Shown piece by piece: positions 30,101-42,081 of a DNA stretch of 64,000 nucleotides; the stretch's first letter is position 1; every line of letters begins with the position of its first letter. Position numbers and translations under genes: made by a program. The stretch comes from the human T2T-CHM13v2.0 reference genome, Homo sapiens, in assembly GCF_009914755.1 (NCBI RefSeq), contig NC_060925.1. One strand, given 5' to 3'. The notes under the pieces were generated by a model that was given only the letters and a program-made list of their open reading frames with translations, had not been told where the DNA came from and ran no database searches.

Positions 30101-33100
30101 GCTGTGTCTCTGGTATATCTTAGCCTTTAATAAAAGAGTTTTTATGCATCATCCTGCTTATCTGTGTGTTCACAGGTGTGTGAAAGACTATCATCTGCAG
30201 AATAAAATACCCTGTGGCACCACAACAGTAAAAAAAAAAAAGGTGACTCTCATCTATCTTTGCCTGAGGAGAAGAAGGCTTGAGAACACATAGAAATAGA
30301 ACATAGAAGAGAAAGAAAAGGCCAAAAGCAAAGTTTAAATTGTTTCCAATTTGGGTCAGCAGAAAGGAATGCCTCACATAGAGCTAGGAGGCATTGACCT
30401 TGAAATTCCAGCAACTGCACCCATAGATGTGGCAAGATGGTCCAGGACAAGGCCACGGTTGGCACAAATGGAGCTGTGAACTAAATTAAGGAAGCAGAAA
30501 GACACATTACGAAAGGAAGATAAGAACCTAATCGCATCTTTCTGGGAAGAGAGAGAAAGATATTGTTAATAGAATAGATTGGGGAGAAAGGACAAAAGCA
30601 CAAAGAAATATCCTGAAGAGTAGTCAAGTTACCTTTAAATATAAACTTAAGAAATCTAGCCGTATGGGATAAATTTGGCCAACTGGGCTAAGAGTTCATT
30701 TACTTTGCTGCCATATTAGCTTTATCCTCTCTGACCTATAAAACAATCCATTAAACAGGATGAGGCTCTTTATTTTTTTTAAAGCATAAGAAAAATTTTA
30801 TCTGAAGAAAGTGTATTTTTAATGATCCAAACTATTCTAACTCTTTCTTTATATTAAAATGGTAAATGAAATAAATGAATTCTGAACTGAAACTCAAGGT
30901 TCTTCTCTCATTGTTAGTGAACCAATGCCATTTTCAGAATGAGGGAAAGTAAGGATAGAGAGGTGAGGACAAAAATCAGATCTTCCCCATGTTTCCATCT
31001 AATTGTAAATTCCAAAGCACTGTTGCCTGGATTTCATTCTGAGTGGTCAGAGGAAGAGTGTAACTGTAACCAGAGTTCCGGGGAGGCCTGAATGATATTA
31101 TTTCATTTAGGATGACAGTGGCCACCCGAGCAAACAGACAACCAAAAATTGGGCCTGGTTTGAAACAGCACAGCTTCTCTGCAGACACTTAGCCTCCTGG
31201 TAAGCCAACTGCTTATTAGACAGAATCTCACAGCTCTGGCATCTATTTTCAAAGATTTCATCAATTCAAAAACAGGAGAAAGCACAAATTCCCAGACCCA
31301 CAAAATAAACTTTAACACATTGAAGAGCATCGATTTCCTTCTACCTGGAATGCTTATGCTTTTGAGTAAAGCATTCTGAGCATGAAAGGGAGGTACATCA
31401 TAGAAACAGTGGGGTAGAATGATTTTCACCACAGTAGAGTGAAGTTTATATCATACTGAAGAGCATTCAAAAGAGAACGGGCTATACATGTGCGGAACGG
31501 GCACATTTACTAGGTTTCTCCTTCTCCTCAATTTTACCTTCCCAAGCTTGAATTTATAGGCTTAAGCTTCATAGTGTAATTACCGGGTTTAATATCAGAG
31601 AGGAGGGCAGCTTTGGTTTTTAGAGTGTGTTTGGTGTTTATTCAAGGGAAGCAATCTCCAATGCAGTTTCGTTTTCTTTTCATTTTCTCTGGGGAGGGAA
31701 GAGGGGGATGAATACTGATATTTATGGAGTTTAAGGGTCTGGCAGCACTGGGAACTGCAGCACTTTGTTTATCCAGAGTCCAGTTTCAACCCAGAGGGTG
31801 CCAATGCAAACTTCTCCAGACCACCACGCCAAAAATGTCTGCCCTGTCTTGGAGGAGCTGCCTTCCCAAGCAAGGAGAGCTACTCAGAGCCAGCTCAGTT
31901 TGAAGCTGAACCAAGAAGAAAGCCCAAGCATTAAACCATGCTGTCTCAAGCACAGCAGTTCAAAAATATGCTTTTTATCAGATTTTCCTCATATTTTGCC
32001 TCATATTTTTTATCACAGCAGGAGCTTGCCATCACCAGCCAAGCTGATTGACTGTGTCCTATACCAGCATCCGCCTTTGATATTCATGTTTTCAGGAAAG
32101 CTGCATCCCTTTCACTTATACTCTTGTTGGGGTCTCTTTATGCACCCACTATTACTACCGTTACAGCATCTGTCCTCCAACTGTGAAGGAAGCTCATCAG
32201 GATCACCTGCGTATCTACTAACCGTGGGTGCCATCAGAAATGCAATGTCGTCAGCACCTTCTCTCCACTCTTAAGACATTACATCTCCACAGCCCTTGCA
32301 GCCCTTCTAGCAGCTGGAAATTCCTGATTTTCAATACAATTTGCTTCTTCCTCTTCATATTGCTTAGTATCAGGGCCAACTTTTTAAGGCAATCTTAATG
32401 AACCTATAACCAGTGTGTTAAATATATTTGTTGAGTTTTTCCATAAAGCTAAGTTAATATAACATGATTGTTTTCTTATGCACCCTGTGGGGAGTAAGGA
32501 AGGTAGGGGGTAGGAAAAGTGGGGGTGTGTAATTGACATAGTTGGTATATTGCCAAATTTACTCACCTTTCAGGACCCCCCACCCAACAGTGAGCCGATG
32601 GCCTTCAGGTTAGCTGAGCTTTCTAAAATAAGCAGTTCGTCTATGGACTGAAGTCAAGAGCTCAAGCATCAAGTACACGTCTTTGAGAAAAGCTGCCATG
32701 CTTGGAAAAGTTAACTTTTCAGATGCTGATAGAAATGAACTCTTAACCACTAGCATGGGCAAACTTCAAAGTTGAACTGTGTGCTTGCTGCTTTCTTTCC
32801 TAGAATTCTTGTCATTACAAAACTATGTAAGATCAACGCAAAACTATCTGTGATGTTGATCAAATGCAATAAAAAGAATGATACAGCCATATTTAAGTTT
32901 CTATAACTTGTATTGTCTGTGGAACTTTATATAGTGCCTAGTTTGCAGGAGATTCTCAAGTATTGGAGATTGTTTCTGGGCATTTCTTTGTGATCTCCCT
33001 GTTTAGTTCTGTGAGAGCTGGCAAATATTGTCGGTAGCTTTAGCAGTCAATTAAAACTCAAACCTTTAAAACTGCAAAGTGGGAAGACAGTATCAAAACA

Positions 33101-33134
33101 TTTTTTAAAATGAGAAATCAAGTAAAATATACTA

Positions 33135-33365
33135 AGTTATAATCCCAGACTCTGGATACAGACTACTTGTGTTTTGGTTTTAGCCATTTATTTACTAGCT
33201 ATACAATGGTGGGCACGTGTCTTAACCTTTCTGTGACTCAGTTTTCTCATCAGTACAATTGGAGATAATAATAGTAGTTACTCATTGCATTAGAATGAAA
33301 ATCAATTGAGTTCATGTCTATAAAGGGTTAGTGCTTTGCACACAATAAGTGCATTTGGCTATTTA
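33135..33365 (+). mobile_element. MIR SINE
   Basis: CTTAACCTTTCTGTGACTCAGTTTTCTCATCAGTACAATTGGAGATAATAATAGTA. Confidence 0.78.
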
Positions 33366-34377
33366 TTAAATAAAATACTCTCAGGATGTGGTCATTTATT
33401 AGAGGGCATTACTTCCTGGTCAGATTCAAAAGCAGCATAGATGGAATGAATACATACATTCACATAGTTAATATATTTAGTTATTAATCCATTAACAATA
33501 AATTCACTTAACAACAACGTATTTCAGTACCATGGTAAATATTCAAATTGAAATAAAGTACTGGAAACTGAGCATTTATAGCCTTGGCATTGACAATATT
33601 TTTTAAAATTTGGATAAAGTTTGCAGCAAACTGACAGAGGTTTTGAATTCCAACTGTGACATTTACAAACTACATAATTAAGATTTCTACTGTCTACTTC
33701 TATTACCTGTAAAATGGGTTCTTATATTACCTCATGCAACAGGCTTGTGGTGCGGACTAAATAAATCAATATCTAGAAAGTGTTTATCACAGTATCCAAC
33801 ACAATAAAGTAACCACACGGCAATATGGAGAATCTTTTCTTTTTAATTAGGAGGCCATAAAACATTTTTGGACATGAAAATTGAATAACTTGTGTGGTTA
33901 TTAAGAAATAGCATCTGAAGAACACAAAAATCCCAGAAATTTTAAAGATTCAGAAAGCAAAGAACAGATTTAAAGATTATCTAAAGCTTAAAATTTTGTT
34001 TTCTTTTGTGGCATAGTTTTGGACTTGCAGCTATCAAGCTATAGTACCCATGAAAAGGAAAGGCTTTTTCCTTTTACGCTAAAATTTTAAAACAGAGAAG
34101 CAGTGAATATTATGAGACATAACAATTGCTCATGGTTAGCAAAGCTCTATGTATTTTACACATATTGCTAAAAACGTATATAAAATTTGAAATTACTGAA
34201 CAGGAATACATACCATTCTAAAAAGATGTTAAATAATTACAAGTTTCTAAGGAATTTAATCTGGAGTTTATATTTTTATTTCAGTATTTTTAGAATCATA
34301 CAAGTTCTATTTCCTGTCCAAATTGACTTGTCTCCATCCTTCTTCAAACTCCTCACATGGACAGAATTCAACATCAC

Positions 34378-34525
34378 ATAATCTTAGAGTTAGAAGATGC
34401 CCTATAAATCATCTGGTCAAATGTCCTTGTGAGGAAACTGAGGCTGAGAAAGGTGAAGGAACCAGCCCAAGGCCACAGAGATGTTCAGAGGCAAAGGTGG
34501 GCTTAGAATCTAGGATCCTGGTGCT
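34378..34525 (-). mobile_element. MIR/MIR3 SINE
   Basis: GAGGAAACTGAGGCTGAGAAAGGTGAAGGAACCAGCCCAAGGCCACAGAG. Confidence 0.72.
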
Positions 34526-35234
34526 CTTTCTGTTTAATTCAGTGGAATGAAAGAATTTTGTTAAAGTTGCTGGGGAAGTGACAACAGCCATCACTTTTAG
34601 GTTTTGTTTGCAAGGTTTGCATGTGTAAGGTTGTTTATTTCCTTTCAGATACCACATCTACAACTTGAGTACCTGTCACCAGGTGAATAATGGTGCTTAG
34701 ACTGTAGTCCTCTGTGTAGGATTCCCAAACAGACTGAGCATCTGATTTTAATACGTGCTTCCATTATGTGTGCATGTGTGTGTGTGTGTGTACAATTTAT
34801 GCACACATATACTCACACATATGACACTTTTTGGTACTTCCACCTTTGGTTATTTTAACGCTTACCAAATTTATAAATATATATATAATGTGCAACTTAA
34901 AGAAATATAATACTTAGGTGCAAATAAATATAATCGTTAATAATCCCAGATGAATCCAACTTTGGTCTTCTGTTCAAATAGAAAACAACATTGCAATAAG
35001 TTTGAACTTAATCTTGGAGCCTGCTGGGGTAAATACACAGCTATTGAGTCTAGCATTTGGGAGCCTTCAGTTAAAGATATTTAATCTTTCTGAGAGATTC
35101 TACGGATCTCAGTTTATAACTCATCACAAATATGGTATGACACTTCCTTGCCAGAACTATCCAACAACTTTCTTATTACATAAGTTTTCAGCTCCACTAT
35201 CTTATTTTGAGAAAGAGAAACACTGGTTTGATTA

Positions 35235-35345
35235 ATATATACATATATTTTTATATATTTGTATGTATATGTATACGTGTGTTAAATAATGTATAAATAT
35301 ATATGTGTATATATGTGTGTGTATATATATACATGTATGTATGTA
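35235..35345. repeat. Degenerate (TA/TG)n low-complexity tract
   Basis: Direct reading. Confidence 0.75.
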
Positions 35346-36024
35346 AAAAGAGGTTTAGTCCTTACAATAACCCTATGATGTAGGTTCTGTTATTATTTAC
35401 ATTTTGTAGTTAAGAAGATTGAGGCACAGAAAGGGCAAGTAATTGTTCACTAAGTAACAGACTGAGATTTGAATCCAGATGTTAGGCCCCAAAGCCCACA
35501 TTGTTCACCACCACACCTACAATATTTCTAATAAGCTAGCTGACTCTCTAGGAGGGTCAGTCCTGTTTTCTTCCATCTGTAATGTGGTCGGAAAATCCAA
35601 TTGTTTACCAGTCTTTATGGTTCCCTAACTCATCCTTAAACCTACTTGAAATTCAGAGAGCAAGCTTATTCTCTATTTAATAAATTATGCGTTATTTTAA
35701 TATTATATATTATTCATATTATATATTTTATAATACATGTAGGTAAAATATCATGGAGTTTCAAAATGTGTATACAAACTATGTACGTACATATGTGTTT
35801 TTGTCAAGGATATCTTATATTACCACTAAACTTTAGATATATTTATTCAGGTTTTATAAATAGTGTTTCTTGAGAGTTGAGGGTAATCATGCTATATTAA
35901 AAAAAGTTGAGTGATACTTTCTGAAAACTGAAATAAGCAAAGAGAAAATAGTATATAGTTAAATTAAACATAAAAAGTTTGATGTAAACTATGCATAAGA
36001 AAACTATGCATACTTATTATAATA

Positions 36025-36103
36025 TTAGGTCAGTGCAAAAGTAATTGCGGTTTTTCTTTTGCTTTTAATGGCAAAAACCACAAATACTTTTGCACCAACC
36101 TAA
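36025..36103 (+). mobile_element. MADE1 (Hsmar1-derived MITE, miR-548-type hairpin), copy 1
   Basis: TTAGGTCAGTGCAAAAGTAATTGCGGTTTTT...AATGGCAAAAACCACAAATACTTTTGCACCAACCTAA, flanked by TA dinucleotides. Confidence 0.93.
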
Positions 36104-36257
36104 TAGTATGATAGTAAGGTATAAAAACCAAAGAGCACATTTTAATTGCTATAATGATTATTTCTCTTACACAGCAAAATCATGCTTTACCATTTCTTCC
36201 CCCATTTTGTTAGTTTCCTGAATCTATAAGCATCATCATTATCAGTAGACTTTTCTA

Positions 36258-36338
36258 TCAGGTTGGTACAAAAGATAATTGTGGGTTATGCCATTGAAAA
36301 TAATGGCAAAAACCGTAATTACTTTTGCACCAACTTAA
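36258..36338 (-). mobile_element. MADE1 (Hsmar1-derived MITE, miR-548-type hairpin), copy 2
   Basis: TCAGGTTGGTACAAAAGATAATTGTGGGTTATGCCATTGAAAATAATGGCAAAAACCGTAATTACTTTTGCACCAACTTAA, flanked by TA. The loop orientation is opposite to copy 1. Confidence 0.93.
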
Positions 36339-37413
36339 TATAATAATATGCATAATTAGACCCACTTTGCCTACTTACATTTGACATGCACATTGGAAGA
36401 CAATGTCCCAAAGTTGACAAACTAGTATCTAGGGTGTCTTTATGTGTAGTGTTTGCTGCAACAGAGAGACATTGCTCCGTGCAGAATTCCTCCACTATGC
36501 TTCTAGGACATCCACTAGGCTGCCTAGAGTCAAACATGGCACAGCTTCCTGCCTAGACTGTAAAAGTCATCTACCAACGGCTCTGTGTCTCCAAAGCCTC
36601 AGGCCATGGGGATTTTAGGCCATCAGTATATAGAGATGGAAGCTCTAAATAATGCCAGCATCACCTCCACATTAGTTCCATCACCTCCCTGAATAAATGA
36701 AACTAAGCCATTGAATGTGGAATGATAAAAGCAGAATGGAGAGAACATCATGAGAATAAACAACACGGAGCCTTGCACAAATTGGAGGTCAGCCTTCTGT
36801 GAGAGTGGTGGTAGAGAGAAAATAGATGCTGAAAGCTCTGAAAGAGAGAAGAAAAAGAGAATTGGGAAAAGTAGGATTGGCATCAAGTCCATGAAGGGGG
36901 TCTGAGCCGGGGACAATTGAAAATAGTTGTGGTTGTTAAGGTGTGCTCTGTCCAGGGAGCATGGACTCCAAGTCTCTGATCTTCCAAGGAAGAAGCTGAA
37001 GATTCCATTACACTTTTCTACTGTAGAACAGGTTTTCTTCTAGTCTCCCAGAAATCTTTAAACGAGATCCTATTGTTTCATGGGCAAGGGCATGCAAATC
37101 TAAGCTAATTGTTACATGGGGTTATTGCTCTTTGATTCTCTCTGCAATCTAAAAGGATAGAAAGATATAAAAATTTATACTCTTTCTAGATCGCTTACAT
37201 TATTAACTCTTTACCTTCAGAGAGAGCCTAATGAGTGAAAATATAGGTAGTGTACAAAATTCTAAAGCTCTCCCTGCTTGACTCCAATGTACACACAAAT
37301 TGCAATGCCTCTCTTATTTAATCACCAAGAAATAATTCATTTTAAAATGAGAGAAAAAGATTAAAATGCCATTGCCACCAGAAGTGGCACCAGATAATTT
37401 ATAATGTTACTAA

Positions 37414-37822
<409 letters not shown>

Positions 37823-38069
37823 AGTATGCTGGATATCTTTAAGAAAAACTTATCTCTTCTACATTTTCATCTCAGACTGCTTCTTCAAGGAGCCTGGCGA
37901 AGACAAGCCATGATCATAGCCAATATCGCGGAGAGCACTAGCCAAGGACTCTAGGACTCTCTTATCTTCCATGGGCCTCCATTTTCTCATTAGTAAAATT
38001 ATGAAATTTTTTTAGAAGACTTTTAAGGTCCCTTCAGATTTTAATATGATACTTGCTTATGGTTTATAG

Positions 38070-38202
38070 TGTTTTTTGTTTGTTTAACCAGTGAGATCTC
38101 ACTATGTTGTCCAGGCTGGTCTTGAACTCCTGGGCTCAAGGGATCCTCCTGTCTCAGCCTCTGTAGTATTTGGGACTGCAGGTGTGCACCACTGTGCCTG
38201 GA
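38070..38202 (-). mobile_element. FLAM/AluJ left monomer
   Basis: CACTATGTTGTCCAGGCTGGTCTTGAACTCCTGGGCTCAAGGGATCCTCC. Degenerate TSD GCTTATGGTTT / GCCTGTGGTTT. Confidence 0.85.
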
Positions 38203-38205
38203 AGC

Positions 38206-39073
38206 CTGTGGTTTTCAAACACTTATTTTTAAGCCAGCAGAATTATTTTGTTCAACAAAGTCTGACATGATAAACTAATAAATAAAAGTACTATTCTAAT
38301 TAAAGATGGAATTGGGAAGCTCAAACTCTGTTCTCAGCCTCCTCCTCTTCTCAGGTAACTCTGAGGAATCCTCAAGGGGTCTGAAGGAAAGGCTCTTACT
38401 TAACATTTACGGAGCCCAGGGCAAGAGGACAAATGGAGACCATATGTCTAAATATTTAAGATAAATTGTTATAAATAAAACTAAGCAATCATTAAATAAA
38501 ACATATTCTATCCCCTACTTTGTCAAATATATCTTCATAATGATGGAGAAGACTATGTTTAGATCTAGAATTCTTGTACTCCTCAGTTTGTGATGGAAAA
38601 TTCTGGAATGAGAAAGACCAGCTCCTGGCTCTCTGCCCTTGGAACCCAGCCCACAGTCTCCCCAACTTTTCTTACCATTCCAAGTTCCATGGCCCACAGT
38701 GGGACTTCATATGTAATCTCTGGACACCCTACCCATAATTACAAACACCGTCCACGATCTTGTCCACAATCTCTGCAAAATAGCCTTGCAGTACACCCTT
38801 GGGAGGTAAAATTTAAGAGAAATGACTATTCAGGTTCAGGCCATTTTTTTTTTCAGAGAAATTCTGGGTCCCAAGTACCCAGATCATGGTCTAGAAAGCA
38901 GGCATAGGCTCCTGGTGGACACATCCCCTCAGCCCCACAGATTACATGCTATAAGCCTATGGCAGGGGTTATAGCCACCAAGACAAACTGCTCTAAGGTA
39001 TAGAACCCTGGCTCAAAGCCTCTCTTGTCCAAGTCTGAGAGCAGTACTGACTAGATGGAGTTTGAAAACCATC
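38206..39073 (+). mobile_element. MER117-like hAT-Charlie element interrupted by MER115
   Basis: TIR remnants GTGGTTTTCAAAC and GTTTGAAAACCA. The internal AGCCAGCAGAA...TTCAACAAAGTC resembles the MER117 consensus as I recall it. Confidence 0.6.
38389..39049 (+). mobile_element. MER115-like hAT-Tip100 DNA transposon
   Basis: GCCCAGGGCAAGAGGACAAATGGAGACCATATGTCTAAATATTTAAG...TAAATAAAACATATTCTATCCCCTACTTTGTCAAATATA matches the MER115 5' consensus as I recall it. Ends in GCAGTACTG. Confidence 0.7.
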
Positions 39074-39169
39074 TGTGTGAGTCCTTGAGGGTCTCTTGTG
39101 AATGCACTTTGATGGGGTACGTGGATACTTAAGTCAGGTCTTCATAATCAACCCATTGTCTATGTCTCA

Positions 39170-39327
39170 AGGCTGCAATGTTTCAACTCCTGTCAACTTT
39201 TCAGCCTGCCAGCCTGCCCTATAGATGTTATACTTGCCAGCCCCCACTATAGCATGAAGCAATTCCTTAAAATAAATCATATATATCTTCCATTGGTTCC
39301 TTTTCTCTGCAGAATCCTGAAAATACA
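39170..39327 (+). mobile_element. MLT2 (ERVL) LTR 3' fragment
   Basis: CAGCCTGCCAGCCTGCCCTATAGAT...ACTTGCCAGCCCCCAC...CAATTCCTTAAAATAAATC...TCTCTGCAGAATCCTGAAAATACA. Confidence 0.8.
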
Positions 39328-39819
39328 CCTCAGACATTTAGTCTGAATCACATTGTTGATGTACATATCTGAAGGCCTTCTTCTTGATGATTGGCTCTTA
39401 TAAAACTGGTTTTAACAACAGATAAGAAACAACAACAAATCATACCTGTAGGATTTAGTGAATTCACATAGGCCTAGTCCAATCATGTAAGGTATTCACT
39501 GTCATGGTGGGAAAGTCATGGCCTTTGGAATGTGTTAGACCTGAGTTCAAACCTTCTATTTGGCACTTACTTTGTTATATGACCTGGGGCTAGTTTCTGA
39601 CTCCTCTGACAGTTCATTATCTAATCAACATCATCAGAGTAATAACAACAACCTCTGAGCTAGTGAAAGGATAATATGGCAAGTACATAATATAAGCTTG
39701 ACACGCAGAATAACAATTTCAAAAAAATAACAACCACCCCTTATGACTATTACCTTCAACACTGGAACCAAAATTATTATGCTGGAAATTATGTAACATA
39801 CAAATATGAAAACATACAT

Positions 39820-40065
39820 TCAGCACAATGTAGTGACTAAGAGAATAAGCTTTGGACTTAGACCACGGCCATTGGCGTGTTCACTCTATCACCTGCTTCA
39901 GCAGAGATCTTGAGCTAGTTACTTCTCTGTGCACCGGATTTCTTCATCTGTAAAATTTATCTCATAGAGGTTTAATGAGAAAAAAAATGACGATGCATGT
40001 GTAGCACTGAGAACAGGGTCTTGTGCCTTATAAGCACTCAATATATGTTATCTATTATTATTATC
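39820..40065 (+). mobile_element. MIR SINE
   Basis: CAGCACAATGTAGTGACTAAGAG...CTAGTTACTTCTCTGTGCACCGGATTTCTTCATCTGTAAAAT...TAAGCACTCAATATATGTTATCTATTATTATTA. Confidence 0.78.
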
Positions 40066-41970
40066 CCCTTAATAAATATTACTAATTTATTTGACGAATG
40101 TTTATTAAATACCTACAATGTACCACAGAATATGCTAGGAACAGTTCCTGCTCCCACCAAACCATGGCCTGACTTTCATGAATGTAAAACTCATGGGGGA
40201 TTGCCATGACTAGTAGATCCTACAACATTGATTAAGTTCATTTTTAGCTTAGGCTCTTACATTTGAAAAGCACAAAACAGTTCTCAGATAGAGAGTACAG
40301 TCATTGAATAGTAAGAATGTGGGATGATTTGGCAAACTCAACCCAGCAATTGCAGACATACATAATTTCTGGACAATAGCGTGGAAACTTGGAGGAAATA
40401 GTTCATTCTCTCAAGCCATTATTATACTTATAACTAGAAGCAACATCACAGTCAGGATGCACACAAATCCATAATGTTTCTAACCCATGGAATCTTAACT
40501 ACATTTAATTGGGAAAGTAATTTTACTGATGACTTTTCAGAGCTGCTGTGCTGAAAGAAATAAAGTTTAAGTAAAAGGATTGCTTTTTCCTGACTAGTGA
40601 GAGACATTTAAGGGTTTGACATCTAATATGATAATGGCATAAATTTCTCTGTTACTTATCAATTGAAGGTTATTTTTTAAACATAAACATTATATTTTTA
40701 TGAAAGAAAGCAAGATCAGGAATGAAAATTGTCATTTTTATGGAAGCCAGATCTCTCTAAGATAATTGCATGTGTACATTCAAGGATAGAGATTTATAGC
40801 TGAAGCACACTTTGTAGATTTCAGTAACAGATACAGGCCTTGAAATACATCTGCAATGCAGGAGATCAAACAGATTTTTTTTCTTTTTTAGTTAAAGCTC
40901 ATGATAGCACAGTAAGAAAATGAGCTGACAACTTACTGAGTTAATCTCTCCCCTTTCACCTCCTGTACAATAGATTTTTCACAGTTCCTACCACTTTTAT
41001 TGTCTCTTATCTCAGATATTCTCCCACATCACACCTGGAATTTGTGGTCACTGAGTCAGGCCCCCAAGCTTTTCCCTGTTGGTGGGAAGCTCTGGCATTG
41101 AAGGCTGCCCTGTTTGTAAGAGTAATAAGTGCTGCCAACAGGAAGGACTAATCTCGACCAAGCCCCAGGGTTCTCTAACCTCTGGAAAAACTCATCTTAT
41201 CCCTGAAGCTGCACCCCTGTCTGTAAGTGTTAAACCTTACAATAACCTAGGGAAACATAACAACTGCAATTCACTGAACCTCAGAATTCGTTGGGTGTGG
41301 ACTGTTGAATTGCAGTGAGCACCATATATATTAACATGCTGAAGAGCTGAATCAACACCCAAGCTTATTTTTCTGAATAAGAAATTCATGGAATCTCAGT
41401 CATGCAAAGGACTTTTAATAGTGAAGGGGAAAAGTGGATAAAGAAGGATAAAAGGGGTAAGGATGACACAGAAAGGAAGGAATAGACAGATGTGAAGCCT
41501 GTAGAAAAGGCACGGTGAGAAATGAAAATCCAAGCTGTACAAGTTAAATCTTACATATCAAAGAAAATTTTCAATCCCCTAAAATGTTTCCAAGTCCTAG
41601 CAAATGTTTCACTTGTGTTAAGGGAGATGCTATATTGTAAAAATTGCCTATAGCAATGGAATTTATATGACCTTTTGGTGTGGTAATAGATAAGGACTGC
41701 ATGGCAAAAAGGAGATATATCTTGTGGCCAGAAAGACCCACATTCAAATTTTATATCTACTAATTCAAAGCTGGGTGGTCTTGGATAAATCACTTAGCTT
41801 ACTAGCCTTAATTTCCCTATCCATAAAAAAGAAGTAGTTTATTAAACAGTTCAGTCTATATGGGGTGCACTGTAAGTGGTGATTATTATTAAAGAATATG
41901 ACTTTCACTTAGAAAACTACTGGGCTATAAGTATCAGGCAAAATATACTAGGTTAAGCAATCAATAGGCA

Positions 41971-42081
41971 AGTCATCATATATCCCAGTTTGCTCAGGAC
42001 AGCCCCAGTTTATACCTGTTGTCTTGGCATAATTATTAACAGAGCCTTCTTTCACTCTGCAATAGATGATACGGTCACTTT
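41971..42081 (+). mobile_element. MER94 (hAT-Blackjack) DNA transposon
   Basis: ATATATCCCAGTTTGCTCAGGACAGCCCCAGTTTATACCTGTTGTCTTGGCATAATTATTAACAG...CTTTCACTCT...GGTCAC. Confidence 0.8.

Noticed and set aside
31765-32274. Longest ORF in the track (169 aa)
   Set aside because: Non-ATG start, no recognisable domain, Ser/Pro/Leu/His-rich composition typical of chance frames, and no supporting gene structure.
32488-32526. G-rich tract as a G-quadruplex (also 21266-21281)
   Set aside because: Only three runs of three or more G, so it does not meet the canonical four-tract pattern.
36025-36338. Assigning a named MIR548 gene
   Set aside because: Most MADE1 copies are not annotated miRNA genes, and I cannot match either copy to a specific locus without a search.
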